64,000 nucleotides of DNA from Vicinamibacterales bacterium (GTDB lineage Bacteria; Acidobacteriota; Vicinamibacteria; Vicinamibacterales; SCN-69-37): positions 1-64,000 of the forward strand of contig DATEGZ010000200.1 in assembly GCA_035279905.1 (NCBI GenBank). The letters run 5' to 3'. The notes beneath the pieces were generated by a model. It did no database searches and was not told the origin of the DNA. It worked only from the letters and a program-made list of their open reading frames with translations. The position numbers and the translations under genes are program-made. This document shows, in pieces, positions 55,421 to 64,000 of the stretch. Each line of letters starts with the position of its first letter. Positions within the stretch are counted from its first letter, which is position 1.

Positions 55421-56943
55421 TTCGGTGACTGCAATCTCATCTCATGGCGGAGCAAGTCGATGGACACTTTGTATCGTCCCAGGAACTGGTGCCCGACGAT
55501 CCCGCCGATGTTGAAGCCAAGAAGCGCGCTGGGCGCATCGAGGTTGAGGACCACGACCGACGCCTGCTGGAACTGGGCGCCCTTCGCGAACTCGATGTCG
55601 ACGAACGGCAGCAGGAACGCCGCGCGGTCCCACCCCGACGTCCCGTACACACGGACCGGCACCCGCCGGACCTCTGGATCGACCGGTAATTGCGCCGCGA
55701 CCGTGCGGCTGATCGACATCGCTTCGCCGCCCGTGTCGACGACGAACCCGGCGGGCGACGAGCCGTTGACCATCCCGCGCACGACCGCCAGCCGCTGAAC
55801 TCTGAGCGGCAGCGTGAAATCCGCCGGCTCGTTCGGCAGCTCCCGCGCCATCGTGAGCGTGTGATTGACGTAGTCGAGGCTGACCGACAGCCCGAAGACC
55901 AGCGGCGAGAAGCCCTCGCCCTCACGAGCCAGCTGGCTCTTGATCGGTGGGTCCTTGATCAGGCACGGCACGTTGCGCACGTGGAGCGCGCCGATCTCGA
56001 GATCGTCCATGCGCGCGATCTGCAGGCTGCGGTAGCCGATGCCGAGGTCGCCGATGCCGGCGCTCTGGAGCGCCGCGAACGCCTGCACGTGGTTGCGGCT
56101 GGCGACTTCGGTCGAGAGCACGGCCTGATCGGCGCCGGTGTCCACGGCGAGCTCAATCGCCGGGCCGCCATTGACGCGGCCGGTCACGAGCACGCGGCCC
56201 TCTGACACCCGGAACGGCATCGTGTACGTCTCGGCCTTACTGACGATCTCGAGCGGGATCTTGTTCTTGAACGTCGCGAGAAACTTCGACTGCGTCTTCG
56301 CCCACTTCACCAGGTCCGTGTCGTCGCGCTTGGGCAAGAGCTCGACGTACTTGAGGAGCGCATTCGACGCGTCGGTGAACTTGTGCGTCTGCTCGTAGAT
56401 CGAGGCGAGCGTGTACTGGTAGTTCGGCTCCGTCGGATTGAGCGAGATCGCGCGGGTGACGTCCGCCATCGCCTCGTCGAACCGGCGCTGGGCCGCGAGC
56501 GACCGCCCGCGGCCGTGCAGCGCGCCCGGATCCTGGGGATTGATCTTCAACGCGTCCGCGTAGCGAGCCTCGGCGTCGAAGAACAAGCCGAACGTCCACA
56601 GCGAGTCCGCGTGGATGGACACCGCGGCGGCGTTCTGCGGATCGCGCGCGGCGATGTCGGCGCCTTCCTTCGCGCCGTCCTTGAAGAGCCCGAGCCGCAG
56701 TAGCGATTTGACCACGCCGGCGCCAGCGCGCACGCGCACGTTCGCGTCGTCGGTCTCGCGCGCGCGGCGGTAGACGCGCAACGCGTCGCCGTAGTGCGAG
56801 CCGGCCATGAGCACGTCGCCGGCCTGCAACAGCTCGGTGGCCGCAGGTAACGGCTGCTGCTGCGCGGACAGGGCCAGCGTGCAGGCCGCGGCCGCGATCA
56901 CACCAATGTGCAGGCTCGGTGAGAGCCGTCCGGACGAGAACAT
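55417..56943 (-). CDS. Secreted TPR protein with two retropepsin-like (clan AA) aspartic protease domains
   Basis: GAGGAGGAG Shine-Dalgarno before the ATG at 56943. Signal peptide MFSSGRLSPSLHIGVIAAAACTLALSA. TPR region. Two D-T/S-G-A motifs (VDTGADQAVLS, VVDTGGEAMSIS). Confidence 0.65.
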   Translation of the reverse strand: MFSSGRLSPSLHIGVIAAAACTLALSAQQQPLPAATELLQAGDVLMAGSHYGDALRVYRRARETDDANVRVRAGAGVVKSLLRLGLFKDGAKEGADIAARDPQNAAAVSIHADSLWTFGLFFDAEARYADALKINPQDPGALHGRGRSLAAQRRFDEAMADVTRAISLNPTEPNYQYTLASIYEQTHKFTDASNALLKYVELLPKRDDTDLVKWAKTQSKFLATFKNKIPLEIVSKAETYTMPFRVSEGRVLVTGRVNGGPAIELAVDTGADQAVLSTEVASRNHVQAFAALQSAGIGDLGIGYRSLQIARMDDLEIGALHVRNVPCLIKDPPIKSQLAREGEGFSPLVFGLSVSLDYVNHTLTMARELPNEPADFTLPLRVQRLAVVRGMVNGSSPAGFVVDTGGEAMSISRTVAAQLPVDPEVRRVPVRVYGTSGWDRAAFLLPFVDIEFAKGAQFQQASVVVLNLDAPSALLGFNIGGIVGHQFLGRYKVSIDLLRHEMRLQSPK

Positions 56944-57113
56944 TACTCCTCCTCGCAAGTCTCGCCGCCGGAGACCCGGCTGGCGCGTACGTCGCGGAGG
57001 GGGTAACCGCGCATAGTTAGTAAGGGTAACGAGGGTATCACACGGCTCGAGGCTTGCCCGGTCATGGCAGGTATAGAATCCGGGCCACGAAGCCAATCGA
57101 TGCGAAGCAGGGC

Positions 57114-59540
57114 ATGATCGGCCGTACGCTGTCGCACTACACCCTCGTGAGCGAACTGGGCCGCGGAGGCATGGGTGTCGTCTACCGCGCCATCGATGTC
57201 ACTCTGGGCCGCGAAGTCGCGATCAAGGTGCTTCTGCCGGAGTTCGTCGCGGATCCCGAGCGCCGGCACCGCTTCGTTCAGGAGGCCCGGGCGGCCGCGG
57301 CGCTCGAGCATCCGCACATCGGTGCTGTGTACGAGGTCGATGAAGCCGATGGCATGACGTTCATCGCGATGGAGCTCATCCGCGGTGAGCGCCTCAAGGA
57401 GGTACTCGCGCGCAGCGGTCTCTCAAGCAGCCGGGCGATTCAGCTGGCGGTCGAGATCGCCGAAGCATTGGGCAAGGCACACGACAAAGGCATCGTCCAC
57501 CGCGATCTCACGCCCTCCAACGTCGTCATCACCGAGGACGGTCACGCGAAGGTCATCGACTTCGGGTTGGCCAAGCTGGTCGAGCCGATAGCCGGTCCGA
57601 CGAGCGAAGCGGAGACCAGAGCGCGGACCGGAAGCGGTCTCGTCATGGGCACGACGGCCTACATGTCTCCGGAGCAGGCGCGCGGCAGGCCGGCTGACCA
57701 CCGGTCGGACGTGTTCAGCCTGGGTCTCGTTCTATTCAAGATGCTCTCTGGCGATCTCGCCTTCAACGGCCCCAGCGGCGCGGAGACGCTGAACGCGATC
57801 ATCAACCAGCCCGATCCACCGCTGAAGCTGTCGTTCGAAGGTGAGCCCGCCATCGAGCTTCGGCGGATCGTGCACAAGTGCCTCGCGAAGGATCCACGCG
57901 ATCGCTACCAGACGATGAAGGATCTCGCCGTGGATCTCCGCGAGGCGGCGAGGCGGCTGGACGCGACGTCGACCGCGCCGGTCACGGCTGTGCGGTCCGG
58001 GACCACGCGTGCTCGTCACTGGATCCCTTTCGCCGTCGTGGCCGCGATCCTGGCCATCGTTGCGGGGTACGGCTGGTATCGGGCGCACGGATCCGCGACG
58101 GCTCCAGTCGAAACGGCCCGGAAGCGGATCGCCGTGCTGCCATTTCAGAACCTCGGCGCGCCCGAGGATGAGGACTTCGCCGCCGGCGTTTCTGAGGAAA
58201 TCATGAGCCGGCTGTCTGCTGTCAGCCGGCTGGCCGTCATCTCACGAAACAGCGTGCTGCCGTACAAGAAAACCGACAAGAGCTCGCGCGACATCGGCAA
58301 GGAGCTCGATGTTGACTACCTCGTCGTCGGCACCGTGCGTTGGCAGCCCGCCAAGGACGGACCTGGCCGCGTTCGCGTCACGCCGCAGCTCATTCACGTC
58401 GCGGACGACACTCAAGTCTGGTCCGACACGTACGAGCGCGGCTTCGAGGAAGTGTTCGCTGTCCAGTCTGATATCGCAACACACGTGATTCAGGAGTTGA
58501 ACATCGCCGTGCTGGCCCTCGAGCAGACGATCATCAAGGGCCGGCCGATGCCAAACTTCGAAGCCTATCGCGAGTACTTACGCGGCTACTACACGGCCTA
58601 CCATGCTCCGCGTCCGGATAGCCGGGAGGCGTTGCAACACTTCGAGCGCGCCGTCGCACTGGATCCCGGGTTTGCCGCCGGCCACGCTGCCGTCGCAAAC
58701 ATGGCCGCGACAATGTTCTTCTACGACGAGGCCACGAGCGCCTTGGAGGACAAAGGGAATCGCGCCATCGAACGAGCTCTCGCGATCGATCCCAACTTGG
58801 CGGACGCATACCTGGCGCGCGGCACGTTCTTGTGGTCCCAACCGCACGGGTTCGCGCACGAACCAGCGCTGCGTGAGTATCACCGGGCGCTCGCACTGAA
58901 TCCCAGCCTGGCGGAGGGCCGAGTCGCAATCGCTCGGATCTACGAGCACATCGGCCTCCTCGATGAGGCACGGGAGCAGTTGACGCAGGCGCTCGCTCTG
59001 GACCCTGCCGCCGCCACAGCGAGGGGCCGCATCGAGCTGACCTACCTGTGGCAACACGACTACCAGCGAGTCGCAGAAATCGCGCGGTCGGCGGCCCCCA
59101 GCTGGTTCAAAGTCGAGATGCTCAGCTACCTTGGCCAGGATCAAGCCGCCCGAGACCTCGCCGCCACGCTTGCCCCCAATCCCTGGGTGCCGAATATGAG
59201 CTCGGGATTCAACATTGTTCTAATGGCGAAGCTAGGCCAGCACGAGGGCGTCAAGGCCGCGCTGCCGGTGCTGGAGAACCTCGCGCGAAACCCCCGAGGC
59301 CTCAGTCACTTCCACCACGCGCAGTACAGTCTCGGCCTCGCTCATGCGCTGCTTGGCCATAAGCGTGAAGCCGTCAGCTGGCTGCGCATGGCCGCAGCCC
59401 AGGGCTTTCCCTGCTACCCGTTCTACGCCAAGGATCCAAATCTCTCCGGGCTCAAGGGGGATCCGGATTTCGAGGCGTTCATGGCGGAATTGAAGGCGCA
59501 GTGGGAGCAGCTCCGAATCGAGGCCGCCAAGCACTCGTAA
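57114..59540 (+). CDS. Ser/Thr protein kinase with a transmembrane helix and a C-terminal TolB-N-like/TPR sensor region
   Basis: GRGGMGVVYRA...AIK, HRDLTPSNV and DFGLAK kinase motifs. Transmembrane helix WIPFAVVAAILAIVAGYGWY. Repeats in the C-terminal region. Confidence 0.85.
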   Translation: MIGRTLSHYTLVSELGRGGMGVVYRAIDVTLGREVAIKVLLPEFVADPERRHRFVQEARAAAALEHPHIGAVYEVDEADGMTFIAMELIRGERLKEVLARSGLSSSRAIQLAVEIAEALGKAHDKGIVHRDLTPSNVVITEDGHAKVIDFGLAKLVEPIAGPTSEAETRARTGSGLVMGTTAYMSPEQARGRPADHRSDVFSLGLVLFKMLSGDLAFNGPSGAETLNAIINQPDPPLKLSFEGEPAIELRRIVHKCLAKDPRDRYQTMKDLAVDLREAARRLDATSTAPVTAVRSGTTRARHWIPFAVVAAILAIVAGYGWYRAHGSATAPVETARKRIAVLPFQNLGAPEDEDFAAGVSEEIMSRLSAVSRLAVISRNSVLPYKKTDKSSRDIGKELDVDYLVVGTVRWQPAKDGPGRVRVTPQLIHVADDTQVWSDTYERGFEEVFAVQSDIATHVIQELNIAVLALEQTIIKGRPMPNFEAYREYLRGYYTAYHAPRPDSREALQHFERAVALDPGFAAGHAAVANMAATMFFYDEATSALEDKGNRAIERALAIDPNLADAYLARGTFLWSQPHGFAHEPALREYHRALALNPSLAEGRVAIARIYEHIGLLDEAREQLTQALALDPAAATARGRIELTYLWQHDYQRVAEIARSAAPSWFKVEMLSYLGQDQAARDLAATLAPNPWVPNMSSGFNIVLMAKLGQHEGVKAALPVLENLARNPRGLSHFHHAQYSLGLAHALLGHKREAVSWLRMAAAQGFPCYPFYAKDPNLSGLKGDPDFEAFMAELKAQWEQLRIEAAKHS

Positions 59541-59597
59541 CGCATTCATCGCCTCCGCACTCAACACTGCATCGTGCTACGCTCCGCTTCACAACCC

Positions 59598-61271
59598 ATG
59601 GCTCGACGACGCCTTCGTTCGCAGTTGCTCGTTGTCATTGTCGGCTTGGTCGCTCTTGCCGCAGCAGGTGCAGCCCAGACGCCTCAACGCGGCGCCCCAC
59701 CGGCGCAGCCCGCGGCGCCGACACGGGGCGACATCCTCCGCGGCGAGTACAGCGAATTTCGTGCGAACAACGACTTGCTCTCGTATCACCTCGACATCCG
59801 CGTCGACCCGGACAAGAAGCTGATCAGCGGCAAGAACACGATCAAATTCCGCATGCTGAAGGACGCGACGCGGATCCAGCTCGACCTGTACGCGAACCTG
59901 AACGTCGACAAGATCCTCTACGGCCAGACGCCGCTCAAGTACGAGCGTGAGCTGAACACCGTGTTCGTCGATTTCGCCAATACCCTCAAGACCGGACAGG
60001 TCGTCGCGATCGACTTCTACTACTCGGGGACGCCGACGTCAGGCTCGCGTTTCGGCGGCTTCACGTTCGGGAAGGATCCAGCGGGCCGGCCGCTCATCTG
60101 GTCGGCCTGCGAGGGCCCGGGCGCGATGTTCTGGTGGCCGAACAAGGACCAGTGGCGCGACGAAGTCGAGGACATGGAGATCAGCGTCGCGATCCCGAAC
60201 GACCTCGTGGACGTCTCGAACGGCCGCTTCGAGAAGAAGACCGACCTCGGCGACGGCTACACGCGCTGGGACTGGATGGTGCACTACCCCATCAACAACT
60301 ACGACGTCTCGGTGAACATCGGGAAGTACGAGCACTTCGCCGATTCAGTGGGCGATCTCACGATGGACTTCTACGCGTTCCCTGAGGATCTCGAGAAAGC
60401 CAAGGCGCAGTTCGTACAGGCCAGAGGGATGATCGAAGCCTACACGCACTACTTCGGCGAATATCCGTTCAAGAAGGACGGCTACAAGCTGATCGAGGCG
60501 GCCTACACCGGGATGGAGCACCAGAGCGCCGTCACCTACGGCAACGGCTTCCACAACGGCTACGGCCGGGCGCCGTACGACTGGACCGGCGTCGGCATCA
60601 GCACGAAGTTCGACTTCATCATCATCCACGAGAGCGGACACGAGTGGTTCGGCAACGCGGTGTCCGCCGCCGACGTGTCCGACATGTGGATCCACGAGGG
60701 CTGGACGACGTATCTCGAGTGCCTCTACGTCGAGTACACGTTCGGCCACGACGACTACGTGAAGTACACGAACGGCTACAAGTCGCACGTCCGCAACGAC
60801 CGGCCGATCATCACGCAGCGCGGCGTGCACCGCGAGCCGCCGCAGGACATGTACTTCAAGGGCGCGCTCTTCCTGAACACCCTGCGCAGCGCCACGAACG
60901 ACGACAAGAAGTGGTTCACGACGATCCACGACTTCTTTCAGACGTTCAAGTACAAGAACATCATGACGGAGGACGTCGTCGCGTTCTTCAACCAGCGCCT
61001 CGGCCGCGACCTGACGCCGGTGTTCAATCAGTACCTCCGCCACACGGCGCTGCCGACGCTCGAGCTGATGTTCGACGACGCGAATCACACGGTGATGTAC
61101 CGCTGGAAGGCGGACGAGCCGAACTTCGCGATGCCCGTGCGCGTCCGCCAGAACGGGCAGTCGAAGATGATCGAGCCGACGCTCACGTGGCAGACGATGA
61201 AGACGACCGTCGGCAAGGATCAGTTCGAGGTCGTGACCGACGAGTTCTTCATCGAGGTGAGCAAGCAGTAG
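59598..61271 (+). CDS. Secreted M1-family zinc aminopeptidase
   Basis: HESGHEWFGN (HExxH) plus WIHEGWTTYLE (second Glu ligand). Signal peptide MARRRLRSQLLVVIVGLVALAAAGAA. Confidence 0.8.
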   Translation: MARRRLRSQLLVVIVGLVALAAAGAAQTPQRGAPPAQPAAPTRGDILRGEYSEFRANNDLLSYHLDIRVDPDKKLISGKNTIKFRMLKDATRIQLDLYANLNVDKILYGQTPLKYERELNTVFVDFANTLKTGQVVAIDFYYSGTPTSGSRFGGFTFGKDPAGRPLIWSACEGPGAMFWWPNKDQWRDEVEDMEISVAIPNDLVDVSNGRFEKKTDLGDGYTRWDWMVHYPINNYDVSVNIGKYEHFADSVGDLTMDFYAFPEDLEKAKAQFVQARGMIEAYTHYFGEYPFKKDGYKLIEAAYTGMEHQSAVTYGNGFHNGYGRAPYDWTGVGISTKFDFIIIHESGHEWFGNAVSAADVSDMWIHEGWTTYLECLYVEYTFGHDDYVKYTNGYKSHVRNDRPIITQRGVHREPPQDMYFKGALFLNTLRSATNDDKKWFTTIHDFFQTFKYKNIMTEDVVAFFNQRLGRDLTPVFNQYLRHTALPTLELMFDDANHTVMYRWKADEPNFAMPVRVRQNGQSKMIEPTLTWQTMKTTVGKDQFEVVTDEFFIEVSKQ

Positions 61272-63263
61272 CTAGCCGAAAGCACGCTCCGGGTGCCGTT
61301 CGTCGTTCGGCACCGCGCGCAGCGCGACGCGATCTTCGAGCCTGAACGGGGTGACGGTGGCCGACGGACGGATGTCCGCGAGGTCGCCGATGAGCGTGCC
61401 GGCCCAGCGATAGACGTTGTGATCGAGGACGCTGCGGCGCATCCGCGCCATGCGGGCGCGGCGGTCGTCGGGATCCATCTCGAGCCCGCGCCGGATCGTG
61501 TCCGCCAGCTGCTCGATGTCGTAGGGATTGACGATCAGCGCGTCGCGCAGCTCACGCGAGGCGCCCGCGAACTGGCTCAACACCAGCACGCCGTCCTCAT
61601 CGTCGCGCGCGGTCACGAACTCCTTCGCGACCAGGTTCATGCCGTCGTGCAGCGCCGTCACGAGACACACGTCCGCGGCGCGGTAGTACGGCGCGATCTC
61701 CCGGTGATCGTGGTGCCGCGTAAGCAGCACGATCGGCTTCCAGCCGGACGTCCCGAACCGCTGGTTGATGCGATCCGCCTCGGCGGTCACCTCGTCGAGC
61801 AGATCCTGATAGCGCTTGATGCGGGTGCGGCTGGGCGCGCCGATCTGGACGAACGTGAAGTGGCCGATGTACCGGCTCCACTTCTCGAAGAAGCGCTCGA
61901 TGCCGCGCAGCCGCTCGAGCAGCCCTTTCGTGTAGTCCACGCGATCGACGCCGATGCCCATCCAGTCGGCCTTGATGCCGTGCGACTGCAGGAGCTTCGC
62001 GCGCAGCTCCGCCGTCGTCCGGCCCTGCAGAACGTCGTCCTGAAGCACCGGCGGCGCGACGCTGATCGGGAACGGCCGGACGTGTGTCACGTGGTTGTGA
62101 CGGCTGGCCGTGAAGTGCTCCCAGTCGATCTTCGACTCGAACGCGCGGTCGATCGTCTCGAGGAAGTTGTTGCAGTGCGCCTGCGTGTGGAAGCCCACGA
62201 GATCCGCGCCGAGCAGCCCGTCGAGCACATCGGCCTGCCACGGGCAGATGCCGAACGCCTCGGGGTTGGGCCACGGAATGTGCCAGAAGACGCCGACGTG
62301 CGCGTCGGGGCGCGCCTGCTTGATCATCCGCGGCAGCAGCGCGAAGTGATAGTCCTGGACGAGCACCATGGCGCCGGGGCTGCCGTCGATCTCGTCGACG
62401 ACCGCCTCGGCAAACTTGCGGTTCGCGTCCCGGTAGCACTGCCAGTCCGTCTCGCGGAACAGCGGACGCGTGTGCGCGATGTGACAGAGCGGCCACATCC
62501 CCTCGTTGGCGAAGCCGTAGTAGTAGCCCTCTTCTTCTTCCTGAGTGAGCCACACGCGGCGAAGGGTGTACTCGGGATGGTCGGGCGGCACGCGCAGCCG
62601 ATCGCGCGCGTCGACGGTCTCACGGTCGGCGTCGCCCGACCCGTGCGCGATCCAGGTGCCGGCGCAGGCCCGCAGCACCGGCTCCAGGGCGGTCACGAGC
62701 CCGCTCGCCGGAATCAGCAGCTCGGTCGTCTTGCCCCGGTGCACGTGCATATACGGCTCGCGGTTGGAGACGACGATGAGAGGCCGGCCGTTGAGGCGAG
62801 CGCGCACGTGCGCGCGGAGCCGCTCGGGCGTCCATCGTGATTCGGCGGCGTCGCGCAGCCGGGCCTCTTCCTCGGCCGTGGCGCGGGCCGACTCGAGGCT
62901 CGACACCAGGTGAAACACCTCCTGGAACAGCGGCTTGAAGAACCGGCCGACCACCAGCGGTGCCCCGACGGCGGTCCCGAGCCGGTGCGCCTGCAGCCAG
63001 CCGACGGTGCGCTTGAGCTGGCTCATCACGCGCCATCGCACGAAGAGGGACGCGATGGCCGCGATGAGCGCGATCTCGACCAGCACGCGCGCGATCGGAT
63101 CGTTCCAGAGGAAGTGGAGGACGCTCGTGCGCCACTCGCTCGGCGCGAGCACGAGCAGCACCGCAGACCCGCCCGCCAGAATCCAGATGATGAGCTGGCG
63201 ATTGAACCGCATATGTGCTTTGACGCTTGGTCGAAGGCTGTAGACGTTCAAGATCGCTGCCAC
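61272..63263 (-). CDS. otsA: Alpha,alpha-trehalose-phosphate synthase (GT20) with an N-terminal membrane extension
   Basis: GT20 blocks [29 protein letters not shown] and VNPYD. An N-terminal segment of about 100 aa with two transmembrane helices. The stop abuts the convergent stop of the M1 peptidase gene (tagcta). Confidence 0.8.
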   Translation of the reverse strand: MAAILNVYSLRPSVKAHMRFNRQLIIWILAGGSAVLLVLAPSEWRTSVLHFLWNDPIARVLVEIALIAAIASLFVRWRVMSQLKRTVGWLQAHRLGTAVGAPLVVGRFFKPLFQEVFHLVSSLESARATAEEEARLRDAAESRWTPERLRAHVRARLNGRPLIVVSNREPYMHVHRGKTTELLIPASGLVTALEPVLRACAGTWIAHGSGDADRETVDARDRLRVPPDHPEYTLRRVWLTQEEEEGYYYGFANEGMWPLCHIAHTRPLFRETDWQCYRDANRKFAEAVVDEIDGSPGAMVLVQDYHFALLPRMIKQARPDAHVGVFWHIPWPNPEAFGICPWQADVLDGLLGADLVGFHTQAHCNNFLETIDRAFESKIDWEHFTASRHNHVTHVRPFPISVAPPVLQDDVLQGRTTAELRAKLLQSHGIKADWMGIGVDRVDYTKGLLERLRGIERFFEKWSRYIGHFTFVQIGAPSRTRIKRYQDLLDEVTAEADRINQRFGTSGWKPIVLLTRHHDHREIAPYYRAADVCLVTALHDGMNLVAKEFVTARDDEDGVLVLSQFAGASRELRDALIVNPYDIEQLADTIRRGLEMDPDDRRARMARMRRSVLDHNVYRWAGTLIGDLADIRPSATVTPFRLEDRVALRAVPNDERHPERAFG

Positions 63264-63382
63264 TTCCGTACGCGCGTTTCCCGTGTAAATCAGCCCGTAC
63301 GCCCGGCCGCCGGCGCCGCCGGGTGGAAAGGACTACCTACCGTAGGCATTTCGTTCCCACTCGAAGTATCTTTCCAGTAACG

Positions 63383-64000
63383 ATGATCGGCCAGACCGTG
63401 ACGCACTACCGCATCCTCGACAAGATCGGGGAAGGCGGCATGGGTGTCGTTTATCGCGCCGAGGACACGCGGCTCGGACGTCAGGTCGCGGTCAAGTTTC
63501 TGTCGTCGAAGCTCTCGGCCGATCCCGCGGCGCTCGAGCGGTTCCAGCGCGAAGCCCGGGCGGCCTCGTCGCTGAACAACCCGCACATCTGCGCGCTCTA
63601 CGACATCGGGCGGGACGGCGATCTGCCGTTCCTCGTCATGGAGCTGCTCGACGGGCAAACGCTGCGCAACCGCATCAATGGTGCGCCGCTGCCGGTCCCG
63701 CTCCTGCTCGAGCTGGCCGTGCAGGCGACCGACGCGCTCGAGGCCGCGCACGCCGCGGGCATCGTGCACCGCGACATCAAGTCCGCCAATATCTTCGTGA
63801 CGGCGTCCGGACAGGTGAAGATCGTCGACTTTGGTCTGGCGAAGCTCGCGCGTCCGGCGGGCGCGGGCGCCGAGGTCGATCCGTTCGCCGACACGGCGCT
63901 GGCCCGCCCGAGTCCGCCGGCGACCGAGTCGGGCCAGACGTTCGGCACCCTCTCCTCGATGTCGCCCGAACAGGCGCGCGGCGAGGAGCTGGACGGCCGG
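63383..64000 (+). CDS. Ser/Thr protein kinase, N-terminal part; continues beyond the window
   Basis: GEGGMGVVYRAED...AVK, HRDIKSANI and DFGLAK. Confidence 0.8.
   Translation, partial: MIGQTVTHYRILDKIGEGGMGVVYRAEDTRLGRQVAVKFLSSKLSADPAALERFQREARAASSLNNPHICALYDIGRDGDLPFLVMELLDGQTLRNRINGAPLPVPLLLELAVQATDALEAAHAAGIVHRDIKSANIFVTASGQVKIVDFGLAKLARPAGAGAEVDPFADTALARPSPPATESGQTFGTLSSMSPEQARGEELDGR

Overview
This is a ~70% GC window of chromosome-like, gene-dense DNA. The gene content points to Acidobacteria: two tandem ~648-aa VWA proteins of the Acidobacterial 'VWFA-related domain' type, and a PadR regulator followed by an ADOP-type (Acidobacterial duplicated orphan permease) FtsX/MacB permease. Two Ser/Thr kinases, several TPR proteins, a TonB-dependent receptor and many secreted hydrolases fit the same picture. 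I call about 50 CDS, and there are many cases of ATGA stop/start coupling. The six-frame track also contains many long off-frame ORFs that are artefacts of GC3 bias. I list them under noticed_but_rejected.

The most striking thing is in the non-coding DNA. At least five intergenic loci carry long hairpin elements whose arms are tandem arrays of 7-8-nt units:
- AACTTAG arrays, three copies (18026-18151, 31296-31388, 46308-46413).
- GGTTCCGG arrays, at 38162-38305 and 49462-49543, plus a one-armed copy at 33222-33275 and a 25-bp mini-copy at 40263-40287.
- A GGGTCATT array at 52323-52470.
- A GGTACGNC array at 51385-51545.
- A GGCACCA run at 44756-44802.

Several of these exactly fill the gap between convergent stop codons. 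One of them supplies the last four codons and the stop of a gene. Two sequence-unrelated families share a TCACGCG motif in their loops. I think this modular, repeat-array hairpin family is the candidate undescribed system in this window.

Second-tier candidates:
- A four-gene operon on the minus strand: a TPR protein with two retropepsin-like domains, a B12-binding radical SAM enzyme, a SpoIIAA-like protein and a PPK2.
- A MocR regulator divergent from an ilvE-like aminotransferase and a RidA protein.
- A large secreted protein whose reading frame is broken inside a poly-G/GGC tract.
- A secreted protein with a PI4K-II-like motif (DxxxGNWL ... IDHxxAF).
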